Assembly: GCA_964658305.1 (NCBI GenBank)
Contig: OZ210885.1
Location: 12,524,001-12,588,000 of the forward strand
DNA from: Leptogorgia sarmentosa
Taxonomy: Eukaryota
DNA length: 64,000 bases
Direction: 5' to 3'
A model generated the notes under the pieces. That model saw nothing but the letters and a program-made list of their open reading frames with translations. It ran no database searches and was not told the origin of the DNA. Position numbers and translations under genes: made by a program. Below, one piece after another: positions 40,181 to 52,038 of this stretch (the stretch's first letter is position 1; every line of letters starts with the position of its first letter).

Positions 40181-40781
40181 TTAGAAACTTTGCACTATCC
40201 TTGGATCCCTAGTTTAATCTCAATTGCAACATCGTGTGGTTGCGCAATTCTTCTAGTATCAGCACAGCCTTACTCTCCGACATTCCGTCCACGCCCTTGT
40301 TTCCCCGTCCACTGCACAACTGCCTGGACACGAGTCTTTTCAAACCAACAAGAAGTTATCCAAGCAATGGAAGTAACATGCGAATATGCTGCATTTTGAA
40401 CCTCCGAATGCGAAACCTCCCCTGCGAATATACCGCATTCCAGTAGGCTAAACCTCAAGTAACACCACGTGTATTACCCGTTTGACTTTCAACTATGTTA
40501 TCTAACAAGTATTCGCACGGAAACTTTGAGCATTACCCACAGCTTAGTCTGTATGCATTTTCCCCGAGCGTACGGCCCTGGCGAGAGTACTGAGTCCGCC
40601 CGGCAATTTTCACCCGGGAAAATTAAAAACCAAGGCAAGTTGGAAGACCTGTCGTGGATAGACCACCCACTGATCTTCGAAACACTGGATTATGCAAATC
40701 CGGCAATTAAGGCTCACTCTTTTATGAGAAAATTGATACGAGCACTCTCTGCAGTCTTTCTTTAGCACAGTAGTTCGTGTC

Positions 40782-40973
40782 TTAGCCAGTCAGCACTCAG
40801 AAAGGGTTGTCCGAATAGAAATCCATTTCGCTATATATTCACTCGATTATATATAGCTACCTTCCGTTGTTCTGTATGAAACTAGTTGAAATTTTGTAAT
40901 TACGCTGACAAAAAATATGTAATCAGAATAGAGTATATAATGGCAGAAATTCATTTGTTTCAATCGAAAGATG
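40782..40973 (+). repeat. Older diverged fragment of the 280-bp MITE family
   Basis: AGCCAGTCAGCACTCAGAAAGGGTTGTCCGAATAGAAATCCATTT... aligns to the interior of 8398-8677; TIRs lost. Confidence 0.8.
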
Positions 40974-41919
40974 TATGCTACGCGACATCTAGTCGCAGTC
41001 CTTCTTTGTGTGTTGAGATAACCTGATAGATAGGCATGTTTCCACATTGGCTATATCGGTCAGCAATATTCCCTGACTAATAGACCCTTATGTCAAGGAG
41101 TTTTAGCTGCATGTTACGAAATGTCGGATTTAAAGCTATGTCATTTTGATAAGACTCGCTGAAAATATTTGCAGATAAGTCCCTGTTTACTCTACTAATA
41201 TTCCCGAATTAATAAGTTATGTAAAGAATTGTGAAAAGTGAGTTTGGTTTCAGTATACGTGAGCAATTTCTGAGACAGCAACTTATATAACGTGACTTCT
41301 GGACCCTACCTCCTCCACATGCGCTTTATGCTTTTAATAGAAATTAGGAATTTGTGCGGGCTCCAAGTCAGAGATGCGCGGGCATTTTTGACACTTGCGA
41401 GAATGTTGAGGTGTCAAGACAAGACGCCTATCCCTAATTTTACGCCCGCACCTGTTACTAATTTCTATTAAAGGCATAAAAGCGGCTGTTGAAGAGGCGG
41501 CTCGGTACTCGAGATTAAATTGCCAGTTGCGACAAATTCCTTTGGGTAATATACCTGCAACATAAATCATTACGAAGCTAAAATTGCGTCACAAATATTG
41601 GCAAAACAATTCTTCTGAATAGCGTAGCCGTTAGATAACACGGCTAACATTCCAAGATCAGCTCGCAAGTGATGGCAAAAATTGATTCGAGTTAAATGCC
41701 GGTTCGATAAAATGACTGTAAATCCAATTTAAAATACGTCTCACGTTGTACCAGAAATTGCCTTGGGAAAGAACATTGGGTATGCAATGCGATCAAAATC
41801 TTTCGTTCGCAACAGCCACTATAAATATAAAACATGGCTATCAATCCAAAATTGATCGCAAAAATTGCCTCGCGTAACATTGCCTTAACAGATTTAAAAA
41901 TTTTAAATCACATTTTTAG

Positions 41920-42245
41920 GCCGTGGTTCTTCGGTAATTGAGAACTTCATAACTGGAAAGGTTCTCCACAGATTTCCAATTCAAAATGTTCGACGTATCA
42001 TAGCGTTGGCATTAGCGCCTGAAGGAGACTTACTTTTGTCGTGCTCGGATGAAGACAAGACGCTGAAACTGTGGAAGCTACCAAATGGAGAGTGTGTTGA
42101 AGAGTTTCATTTCGACCGGAATGTTTTAGCCATAGCATGTGGCTCAAATGGAATGGTTTGTGTTGGCCTGGCAGGAGGTCGGGTCTGCTTCCTTCGTCTT
42201 AATAAGTTATCCTCGCATTCAAAACAACTCCAACCAAAAGGTTGA
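41920..42245 (+). CDS. Apaf-1-like last coding exon (WD40, stop)
   Basis: TTTTAG acceptor. Encodes LLSCSDEDKTLKLW...VCVGLAGGRVCFLRL, a typical STAND-WD40 C-terminus, then TGA at 42243-42245. Confidence 0.9.
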
Positions 42246-44719
42246 AGACTTCAGAGAAATTGCAACATTGAAACGAACGAATTCACTGAAATGAATATTA
42301 AACGTGGAAACAAGGATATGTGCAGTAGCAATATCAATATTTATTGCAATGATAAATACTCTAAAATATATATATAAAGTAAAACAAAGACTCGAAAAAC
42401 CAAAACCAGGGAAATTAACGCATTGTTGCAATTTGAAAGCCCTTTGAATTTGAACTCGAAAAAATGCATAAACAGTAATTAAGGAATTGAGATATACTTG
42501 TAATGTGCGTCCGGAATGATTAAAACCAAATTTTGAATACACTAAAATACTGGCTTGCAAAATTAGCTTAGCTTAGGGATTAGCTTAGTAATTCAAATAA
42601 TCAATGGTTTTGCGTTTTTTTGGGACACGCTTGTATACTAATATTCGATTATGACTATTTTTACCTAAATGTAGGTACTTCGGAGTAGGTACTTCTGTAG
42701 GTACTTCGGAGTCTCAATAGTAGAGATATTGAAAACTATTTGAATGTTCTAGTAAAATTATTACGTAATAGGCACAGTGTGTAAAAGGGCCACGATGCAT
42801 TCCCAGAATGCGAGGGGGGGGGGGGGTTCTGATCTTCTTAGAGTTGAAAACGTTTCTGCATTCATCTTACAAGTACCATCCTACAAGTACTCCAGGAAGG
42901 GTATAGGAACGTTTTCAACCTAGTTGTAAGGACCCAACTTCTCACAAGGCGTTACGAAATTTTGCGCCAAATCAGAAAATTGTGAACATTTAAAACCTCT
43001 AGATGGCCGGAAACGCCCATTTCAGAACCTTAACTCTACCTCTTTGGTAAGGTCATTCAGGTGTACGAATCAAAGATCGCTTTCATTAAGTATTATATTG
43101 CTGTATAACTTTTATAATTACTATTGTCACAAGTAAAAGAAAACGAGAAATGGTAGACAGTGGGGGACAGTTATATAGTCGTCCCCCAAGCCAAAAATTC
43201 GGTATTTTGTTCAGTATTGATTGTTAATCAGTATTGATTAGCTCATTTGTCGTCACATACCTTTGGCAAAATATCATGTTCCAACACCTCGCATTTCTTC
43301 AAATATTCGTAATTCAGAATCTACGTGAAAAGAAAGATAGTGCAAAAAATTGAGTATCAGTTCCGTACGAAAATAGGCAGACTTCGTCTTTTCGTTTACT
43401 TGGACTGTTTCGTCTGTATGGTTAACTTTCAAACCTCGGTCTTCATGTCTTGACATTGGCCTCGGTTTGATATTTACCGTGCACACCTCATGCTTAGTCA
43501 GTAAGTACTTGATATTTCACCATATTCCAAGATATCAGCGATCAATGGCTATATTTATCTCAAGTGTGGGTCGTTCTTACATGATACTTAATATGAAACT
43601 TTCAGAGTAAATCTTAAGGCTATTTTCCAGTTTTTTGTTTTCCGTTTTTCGTACGTACGTGTAGGCTCGTAAAAATTCATGAAATTGATTTCAACGTTAG
43701 TTTCTATGCAATCACATGAATTAATGTAAAGATCTCATACCTTGATTAATAAAATAAAATATAGAGAGATATCAATTTAGACTTTTACGTGCGTACACGT
43801 ATGTGTAAACCGGGTAACTGGAATGCAGCCTTTAGTTGTGAAATTCGAGGCCAACTAATAGGATATTGAAAGCGGTAGTTGACTTGTTGCATGGTGTATG
43901 GGACAATATCAGTTGTCGGAAAATCGGTAAATTTCATTGGAAATTTTTGAAAGTGATTAATTTGATAATAGGCGCAGGCTTCATATTTTCTGACATAGAG
44001 ATTGATTATTTCTTCTTCAATGTTTAATACATTTTACCTCATTCATTATTCAATATCCCTACTGTCAGTATTTTAAAAATACTTGTCCGGGAGGAGAAAT
44101 GGGATGGAAGGGAAAATATTTCAGTGGCACTCTGCGTGTTTTGAATTCACCTGTCTTATTACAAACATTTTTATTCAGTCCATGCTGTAAATAATTATCG
44201 AGAAAACGTCATGCTAAGAATTTTCTCTTAATTCTCAATGACGGTATAGTAAACGTATAAGAATAAGTACAGTGAACATATGTGGAAATGTTTAGCAATT
44301 CGCCTAATTAATATAAGAGGCAACTGTATATTTGAAAATGATTTTGTTTCAACTTTAGTGTAGATTTTTAGATGTATTTGCTGGTTTACAATATCGAATT
44401 ATTATAGAACATTTGTCAATAAAAGTAAAATCACCAACGATGTTTGCAATGGTCGTCACATTTACAGCATTATCAGCAAACCTTACTGAACTTCAGGCGT
44501 CATTATCTCGTATTTTCTAAAATCTTTTCATTTCAACAGTGTTTTACAGATACAACATTGGACCATCGATCCTTATAAGTTTGTTTGCAGACTAAGGGAC
44601 TCTTCATATGAGAAAAGTTATCTCAGGTGACAAGAAAATATTTCGAGTGTCTAATGACTCAGTTCTGCTCTTATTGAGCACGTTATAACGTCACCCCGCT
44701 TATCGAGTAAATTGTTTTC

Positions 44720-45190
44720 GGCCGTGAAAGGCTGTTACATAATAACTACAAGTGAAACACGCAATTTGATTGGTCAATAGTCCTGCAAGATCAGACAATC
44801 CTGCACAGTATCCTGCTTGGAAAATTCTGAATGCTTACTCACGAGCATAATGCTCACGAGTCACGGGATTTTTAAAATGTCGGCAATAAATTAAAATAAG
44901 ATACGATAATTTGACAGTAACACGAATTGCTATCGAAAACAACAAACAAGGGTTTTCGTATTTATGGAAAAGAAATTAACGTTTTCCATTGTTTCACTGT
45001 AGTTATTTTATAAAACAATTACCAAATGATTTTCCCGTGTAGGATAGCGTTATCCATACACTTGGGATGTGGCTTGAGTTTCGGAAAGTGACTCGCCTGC
45101 GGCTCGTGATTTTTTACGCTTTCCGAAAGCCGCCACATCCCACGTGCATGGATGACGCAATCCTGCACGGAAAACCATTCGGTATTCTTT
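44720..45190 (+). mobile_element. Third Crypton-like unit with terminal hairpin
   Basis: TGATTGGTC box near 44768, ATAAAACAATT, and an imperfect hairpin at 45020-45184 with apex TC-GCC-TGC-GGC-TC. Confidence 0.5.
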
Positions 45191-45992
45191 ATTGGAAAGT
45201 TGCTGATATGATAGAAAGTGTTAAAGTTTCAATCATATGTTCGTATGAGATAATCATTTTCCTGTTATAACTCGCACTACGTGCACTGTCGGTACAAAAG
45301 ACGAGCTCAGTGCTGACTTTGCGCATGGTTAACAAGAAATTATTAGTTCGTGGATTCTTATCAGTCTGCTCTTGTGCCATCAAAACTTTTGTTTGTTGAG
45401 ACCTGGACTCTAAAATCAAGAACTGCGATATCGCCAAAAACACCTGACCAGTGTGGCGGTCCTTGTGGGTCAACCGGGGACGAATCGGATGGGACTGTCC
45501 AACTTACTGGACTATTCTTCATTCCAACCAACACAAATTAATCCACATTGGTCTGTATGAATATAACACCAAACCTAATTAAAATAATTTTAAAAAACTA
45601 TTTGCAAGATTCATTATGTAGATTTCAGCTTCGGAAGCATGAGCTTGTACCTTGTGGGTTCTTCCGAAGGATGCAGCAAGATCTATCTTTTGCTCCAGCT
45701 AATTTATCAACAACATCAGGACAATCTCGAGCTGAGTTGAATATCTCCCCCAATGTTGGAGAACCTGTATTGCCAGGTGAAAAACGGCACAAACAGAATA
45801 TGAATTGGTGATTAAAATTCTTATACTTTATCGAAGAATAGCAAAATCAAATGATTTTCAAAAGTTATCGTATTTTGTGGAATATTTTTGCGTCATTGAA
45901 GTAAAATTTCGTTTATACCAACTGAATAAAATCAAAACCCCGCGCAAAAATATGCTTACATTTACCATCACGACGTCTGAACACACCAAACA

Positions 45993-46016
45993 CGTCCCTG
46001 GTTGGACTCGAACCAA

Positions 46017-46048
<32 letters not shown>

Positions 46049-46066
46049 TGATTGCGCCACAGAGAC
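45993..46066 (-). tRNA. trnN-GTT: tRNA-Asn(GTT)
   Basis: GTCTCTGTGGCGCAATC...CTGTTAA...CCAGGGACG; one D-loop variant (CAG for CGG). Confidence 0.85.
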
Positions 46067-46249
46067 CGACTCCATTAAAAACCTTCCGAAAAGAAATATA
46101 CAAATAATGGATATTATTTTGTGGCCACAACGCAATGTACTAACCACTATACGATCACGGCGACTTTGGAACGGCTGAGATATTACATTAATCCCATATT
46201 TTTCTTCGTCAGTACAAAGTACATTAGAGAACATTTCGATACCATCAAA

Positions 46250-46321
46250 GGCTTGCTGGTCTAGTGGTATGATTCTCGCTTTGGGTCCGAGAGATCACGT
46301 GTCCGATTCCCGTGCAAGCAC
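46250..46321 (+). pseudogene. trnP-TGG: tRNA-Pro(TGG), degenerate
   Basis: Pro body with T-loop TCCGA and mismatches in the anticodon, T and acceptor stems. Confidence 0.75.
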
Positions 46322-46439
46322 TAGTTAATTAACCAACTGTTCTCATTTTTTGAAAGCTTTCGTAAGTCCTTAGAAAACCCCGCGCAAAAAAATCGGTTAC
46401 ATTTACCGTCACGACGTCTGAATAAGATCACAACAAACA

Positions 46440-46463
46440 CGTCCCTGGTTGGATTCGAACCAA

Positions 46464-46507
<44 letters not shown>

Positions 46508-46513
46508 AGAGAC
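46440..46513 (-). tRNA. trnN-GTT: tRNA-Asn(GTT)
   Basis: Intact cloverleaf with A and B boxes. Confidence 0.95.
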
Positions 46514-46776
46514 CGACTCCTTTGAAAACCTTCCGAAAAGAAATACAAAAATAATGGATATTACTATTTGACAACATACACTCGTGAGTTTTCCAAAGAC
46601 CCCAAATAGCACCCGTCCTTCGGAGTCGAGTTAGAAGTGAAAAACTTTGCTTTAAAAAAGTTTCTTAGGGAACTTCTGTTTATAACTTTTCTCTTTTTTT
46701 CTCCTTTATTACATCCTATAACACCAAAATTTTCCCAAATACATTGTGCATAGAAAATTTTAAAAATTTGCTGTTG

Positions 46777-46858
46777 TGTAGTCGTCATGATTTGAACCTG
46801 CGCGGGAATTTCCCCACAGATTTCAAGTCTGTCGCCTTAAGCACTCGGCCACGACTAC
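46777..46858 (-). tRNA. trnS-TGA: tRNA-Ser(TGA), some stem mismatches
   Basis: GTAGTCGTGGCCGAG...ACAGA CT TGA AA TCTGT with a long variable arm; two T-stem mismatches. Confidence 0.75.
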
Positions 46859-47206
46859 GTTGACATTAATACTGCCTTGCACTTCGATATGAATAAATCT
46901 TCAATCTGCCCGTAAACTCGAACAAAATATTTTAGTACTTAACAGAATGACTAATCGTATTCAAGTATTGGTGGATATATTTAACACGAATGGCATGCAG
47001 TATATGCATATGCATCTTAACCCTTTGGGTTGCATTTTTTCCTATGAATTTGAAAGTTTTACAGTTTATAGGTGTGATAAATTAAGGAGCGGGCGGATTT
47101 GAATTTTTGGGCGCAATATGAACTGAATTAGTGAAGAATAGCAAAGGTAAATTAGGTAATAAAATTCAACGGCAAGCTTGTGAAATCAACAGGGAGTTGT
47201 CAAAGT

Positions 47207-47291
47207 GCCTCATTAGCTCAGGGGTTAGAGCACTGGTCTAGTAAAACAGCTGGTAAACCAGGGGTCCAGAGTTCAAATCTCTGATGAGGCT
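47207..47291 (+). tRNA. trnT-AGT: tRNA-Thr(AGT) with 12-nt putative intron (47244-47255)
   Basis: Exon sequence is identical to the intronless copy at 53800-53872; extra AAACAGCTGGTA lies one base after the anticodon. Confidence 0.85.
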
Positions 47292-47373
47292 CAATTTTTC
47301 TCGATTTCTTCGAAGCACAGTGAAGACAATTGCAACGAATATGTTACATAAGGTATCCAAGGTGTGGAGACTG

Positions 47374-47445
47374 ATCAGACTGGTCTAGTGGTCAGGATAT
47401 GGCGTTTTCACCGCAATGGTCCGGGTTCGATTCCCGGCGTGGGAT
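47374..47445 (+). pseudogene. tRNA-Glu(TTC) pseudogene lacking 5' acceptor strand
   Basis: Matches 49455-49526 only from position 8 onward. Confidence 0.8.
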
Positions 47446-47573
47446 TTTTTTCGGAAAATTTCAATTTGAATCAACATTTTCAAACTCGTTCTCTGAAACC
47501 AAACCATTTTAACAGTGCTACTACGCTATTAATTTTGCCAAATAGCTACATCCTAGAAGAAAATTCGCTTTTG

Positions 47574-47630
47574 CGTAGTCGGATTTGAACCTGCGCGGGA
47601 ATTTCGCCTTAACCACTCGGCTACGACTAC
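47574..47630 (-). pseudogene. tRNA-Ser pseudogene, anticodon arm deleted
   Basis: Both ends of the Ser body are present with internal deletions. Confidence 0.8.
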
Positions 47631-47940
47631 GTTGGCATTAATCTTGGCTTGCACTTCGAAATGAAAATGTCTTCAATCTGCCAGTAAAATCCAACAAAAT
47701 ATTGCAGTAATTAACAGCAGGACTAATCGTTTTCAAGCATTGGTGGATATATTTAACACGAATGGTAGTATATCCATCTTAACCCTCTGGGTCGTAAAAA
47801 TACAGCCATAATGGATACTATTGTTTCACCAAAATCTGATTTTTTCCGGAACATCGATTGGAAAATGTTTTGGAAACATTAAACCGAAATTTTTCTTCGT
47901 CACTACAAAATACATTAGAAAACAATTTGATATCATCAAT

Positions 47941-48012
47941 GGCTTGCTGGTCTAGTGGTATGATTCTCGCTTAGGGTGCGCGAGGTCACGGGTTCGATTC
48001 CTGTGCAAGCCC
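47941..48012 (+). tRNA. trnP-AGG: tRNA-Pro(AGG)
   Basis: GGCTTGCTGGTCTAGTGG...TT AGG GT...GGTTCGATTCC; one anticodon-stem mismatch. Confidence 0.85.
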
Positions 48013-48127
48013 TAGTTAATTAACCAAGTAAGATGTTCTGTTTTTTGAAAGATTCCGTAAATCCTTAGAAACCCCGCGCAAAAATTTCGGTTACATTTAC
48101 CGTCACGACGTCTGAACACACCAAACA

Positions 48128-48151
48128 CGTCCCTGGTTGGACTCGAACCAA

Positions 48152-48195
<44 letters not shown>

Positions 48196-48201
48196 AGAGA
48201 C
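48128..48201 (-). tRNA. trnN-GTT: tRNA-Asn(GTT)
   Basis: Intact cloverleaf. Confidence 0.95.
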
Positions 48202-48518
48202 TGACTCCATCGAAAACCTTCCGAGAGGGGATATAAAAATAATGGATATTATTTTTGGTCAAAAATCTCTTTTTTTGCCCAGGCACATCCAACGGCAATA
48301 ATAAACAGAACTTGAACGGTGACGATGCTCGTAATGGTGAATACAATACTTTTTGCTGTTTGACACAGATGCCGAGACCAGGATTCGATCGTTTTAAAGT
48401 ATTGGTGGATATATTTAAAAGGAATCGTAGTATATACATCGTAACTCTTTGGGGGACATATTTCCCATCAGCCCGCTTTGAGGAATTTGAAAGGTTTCCA
48501 GTTTATAGGTGTGATAAG

Positions 48519-48590
48519 AAGGAACGGGCGTGTTTGAAACACCGACCTCTCGATCTGCAGTCGAATGCTGTACCACTGAGCTACACTCAC
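48519..48590 (-). pseudogene. trnC-GCA: tRNA-Cys(GCA), degenerate
   Basis: Anticodon arm TTCGA CT GCA GA TCGAG is intact; acceptor, D and T stems are mismatched. Confidence 0.75.
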
Positions 48591-48898
48591 TGTGTAGTCT
48601 ACTAGGTTAATTACGTACATATACTTTCAAACGCAGCTATAATTAATCAATTCACGGACCTGTGTTCTTTCAATTTTACATTCAAATACAAAATGTTTCT
48701 TGGCATGTTTCATAACCTTAATGCAATAAAAAACGCGACTTCTTTCCTTCGATTTTGTAGATGGAAAACTTGGACATTGAATCTGTCACTTTTAACACTC
48801 AGCCACCACCACCGAGAACACAACTTCCTGTCATCGAGTTTTTCCCCAAAACAATTCATGTTTATCTTCGAGGCCAAAATTTTAAAGACTTTGCATAA

Positions 48899-48980
48899 CG
48901 TAGTCGGCAGGATTTGAACCTGCGCGGGAAACTCCCAACAGATTTCTAGTCTGTCGCCTTAACCGCTCGGCCACGACTAC
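48899..48980 (-). tRNA. trnS-AGA: tRNA-Ser(AGA)
   Basis: Intact class II cloverleaf, ACAGA CT AGA AA TCTGT. Confidence 0.95.
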
Positions 48981-49298
48981 GTTGCTACAACAAACGGGTT
49001 TCACGTTGTTCATTAATGAACATTCACATCCATCTACAACTGACCTACACATTCTCAGCGCTACACTCTGAACAATAGAAACTTCCTATTTTGAGGTCTT
49101 TGCAAAACTCACTCATGCAAGTTAATTCCAAATTCCACTCGAAACCATTCTAGCAATACTTTTTTTTTTCAAACGTAGTGAAATGGTGGAAAGATATGAA
49201 ACTTGAACTAAAATATATAGAATGCTACCTACCTGTGTAAGAACATGCCTGAATTTGGCTGAAGCCACATTTTACCTCCAGACAAGGGCGTCAACTTT

Positions 49299-49369
49299 GC
49301 GTTAGTGGTTCAGTGGTAGAATTCTCGCCTGCCACCCTTGAGACCGGGGCGTGATTCACAGGAAACGCA
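49299..49369 (+). pseudogene. tRNA-Gly(GCC), degenerate 3' half
   Basis: 5' half GCGTTAGTGGTTCAGTGGTAGAATTCTCGCCTGCCA; T arm corrupted. Confidence 0.75.
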
Positions 49370-49454
49370 GAATGTTTTCATTTTTGTTGCATTTCAATTG
49401 CAACTCGAGAAAAAATGTGGCTTCGTAACACAGACATGATCTCGAAATTGTAAC

Positions 49455-49526
49455 TCCCATGTGGTCTAGTGGTTAGGATCTGGCGTTTTCACCGCCATGG
49501 CCCGGGTTCGATTCCCGGCGTGGGAA
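49455..49526 (+). tRNA. trnE-TTC: tRNA-Glu(TTC)
   Basis: Intact cloverleaf followed by an oligo-T terminator. Confidence 0.95.
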
Positions 49527-50009
49527 TTTTTTCTAACAATTTCTATTTGGAACAGCTTGTCTTCACATATTCAAACTCGCTCGAGACTGGGATTAGATTC
49601 CCTGCTAACGCAGAATATCATCATTCTGACGAGTTTAAATTTCAAATGCAACACGAGAAAAACGTAGATTTGTAACACAGACATAATCTAATAATTTTAT
49701 CCAGGAAAGTAAAATTAATATTTTCTGATATCACCGTAACTTATGAAAACTATTTGATAGCCGCAAACTATTTGATTGTGGACAGGGTTTTTGCATTGGT
49801 TTATAAATTCTCGATTTTTACTCTTTATAATTTTATTGGGAAAATGAGCTTTTAACAGAATATGCCTTTAGGTATTAATTTACAAGCTCCCCTTCGCATT
49901 AATCTCGTTCTTGGATCAATTTGTTTCAATTAACTCTGGATAAAAAAAGGAAGGCGGAAGAGAAAGGTAATAAAATTCGCAGCATTTTAAAATATTCAAA
50001 TGTCAAAGC

Positions 50010-50081
50010 AAGTTCTGCCGAGACTTGAACTCGGATCGCTGGATTCAAAGTCCAAAGTGCTAACCATTACACCACAGAGCC
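50010..50081 (-). tRNA. trnQ-TTG: tRNA-Gln(TTG)
   Basis: GGCTCTGTGGTGTAATGG...CT TTG AA...GTTCAAGTC; one acceptor mismatch. Confidence 0.85.
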
Positions 50082-50208
50082 TTAACACAATCTTGACAAA
50101 GTTTCCCAATTTTTAACGTTTTTTCCTTTCTTTCACAGCAAAAGGAACACTCTTCAATGGCGGACGTGGATATTTACTGAACACGAACCATGTATCCAAT
50201 ACGTCACA

Positions 50209-50290
50209 GGTAGCCTGGCCGAGTGGTCTAAGGCGCTGGATTCAGGCGCCAGTCATTTCGATGACGTGGGTTCGAATCCCACCGCTGCCA
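50209..50290 (+). tRNA. trnL-CAG: tRNA-Leu(CAG), two stem mismatches
   Basis: GGTAGCCTGGCCGAGTGGTCTAAGGCG...TT CAG GC. Confidence 0.8.
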
Positions 50291-50718
50291 AATTTTCGTT
50301 GTTCATGGCTGTATTCGTTTATTGAGCTGATATAAGTTTCAAAAGCTGAAGCCTTTGAACCAAATATGGAAAAACTCGTAATTATATGCATGATTGAACA
50401 TGAGTAAAATTGATATTTTATGATATCATCCTCCTTTGCCCAAAACTATTTTATTCCCACAAACTATTTCATGATGGACAGACTTTTTGCATTGGTTTCC
50501 AAATTCTTGATAAATTTTCAATCGTTTCTAATTTCCTTCGTTAAAGAGTTTCTATAACACAGGATCGCTTTTGTAACTAAAATAAGAAATTCACCTTCGC
50601 ACCAATTGTTCTTCGTTGATTATTTTTTCAACTAAATATGACACGGAAAATGACAGTGCAAGAGAAATGTAATATAATTCACTACCTTATACAATGTTTT
50701 AATTCGTCTGTTTGATCT

Positions 50719-50790
50719 AGGTTCTGCCGAGACTTGAACTCGGATCGCTTGATTCAAAGTCTAAAGTGCTAACCATTACACCACAGAACC
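50719..50790 (-). tRNA. trnQ-TTG: tRNA-Gln(TTG)
   Basis: Acceptor and T arms intact; anticodon stem weakened. Confidence 0.8.
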
Positions 50791-50913
50791 TTAAGGGGTT
50801 GATGTCAAAGTTCCGAATTGTTTAACGTTTTTTCCTTTCTTTGATATCGAAAGACATCTCTTTAATCGAGGTGGATGTTTACTAAAGGGAAATTATATTG
50901 TCTGCAGGTCACA

Positions 50914-50995
50914 GGTAGCGTGGCCGAGTGGTCTAAGGCGCTGGTTTCAGGCACCAGTCATTTCGATGACGTGGGTTCAAATCCCACCGCTGCCA
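50914..50995 (+). tRNA. trnL-CAG: tRNA-Leu(CAG)
   Basis: Intact; CTGGT TT CAG GC ACCAG; oligo-T downstream. Confidence 0.93.
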
Positions 50996-51453
50996 ATTTT
51001 TCGATGTTCATGGCTGTATTTGTTTATTAACGATTCACTATTCGTTCATAATTTAACCCACTGCGGAAGAAAGTAACATGAATATTTTCTAATTTTACTC
51101 TCTTTTGCGTGCTGACACGATAAATAGAGATCTAATTCCAGCACAGTAAAACTATATTCGCGATAGCCTGGAAAACCTTCGAAACCATGAATAATGGCAA
51201 AAAACATTTGATCGTGGAAAGAGTTTTTCCATTAGTTTTTAAATTCTTGATTTTCACTCCTTTATGACTTTATTGGTTAAAAGAGCTTCTAACGCAGTAT
51301 CCTTTTGTAATTAAAATAACTAGTTCGTTTTCGCTTTCATTTTGTTCTTGTATCAATTTCTGTCAATTAACTCCGAATTGGAAAATGGACGGTGAAAGAG
51401 ATGGTAATAAAATTGGCAACCTTAAAATAACCTTTAAATCTCCTGTCCAATAT

Positions 51454-51525
51454 AGGCTCTGCCGAGACTTGAACTCGGAGCGCTGGATTCAGAGTCCAAA
51501 TTGGTAGCCATTGCACCACAGAAAC
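51454..51525 (-). pseudogene. trnQ-CTG: tRNA-Gln(CTG), degenerate D arm
   Basis: TTGGA CT CTG AA TCCAG with several D and acceptor mismatches. Confidence 0.75.
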
Positions 51526-51808
51526 GTAACACGACCGTGACAATGTTTCCTCATTTTTTAACACTTTTTCTTTCTTTCACACCGAAAGGCATCTCTTCAA
51601 AACGCGTGGATATTCAGTAAAGGGAAATCATGAATAGATACGTTTGAGATAGCGTGCCCGAAAAAAGGGTGAATTCAGAAACTTTTTATTTTTACTTTTT
51701 TCCGTTATGGATGAATTTATGAGTTTTCCGAAAATATGGATAAGAAACGTAAACTTGTTGAATTTATATTAACTGAATCAACAAAAGCGTCAAAGAACAA
51801 CGAAAATT

Positions 51809-51890
51809 TGGCAGCGGTGGGATTCGAACCCACGTCATCGAAATGACTGGTGCCTAAAACCAGCGCCTTAGACCACTCGGCCACGCTACC
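51809..51890 (-). tRNA. trnL-TAG: tRNA-Leu(TAG)
   Basis: Intact; CTGGT TT TAG GC ACCAG. Confidence 0.95.
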
Positions 51891-51965
51891 TGTGACGTGT
51901 TTTTTCCCTGTCAAAGAAACGAAGAAACGTGAAACAATTGGAAAATATTATCATGGTGGTGTTAA

Positions 51966-52038
51966 GGTTCTATGATGTAATGGTTAGCAATTTTGGGCTT
52001 TGAATCCAGCGATCCGAGTTTAAGTCTCGGCAAAGCCT
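51966..52038 (+). pseudogene. tRNA-Gln(TTG), degenerate
   Basis: Gln body with T-loop TTTAAG and several mismatches. Confidence 0.75.

Noticed and set aside
46777..46858. Possible selenocysteine or suppressor tRNA because of TGA
   Set aside because: TGA is the anticodon (reads UCA) on an ordinary Ser body; a UGA decoder would need anticodon TCA.
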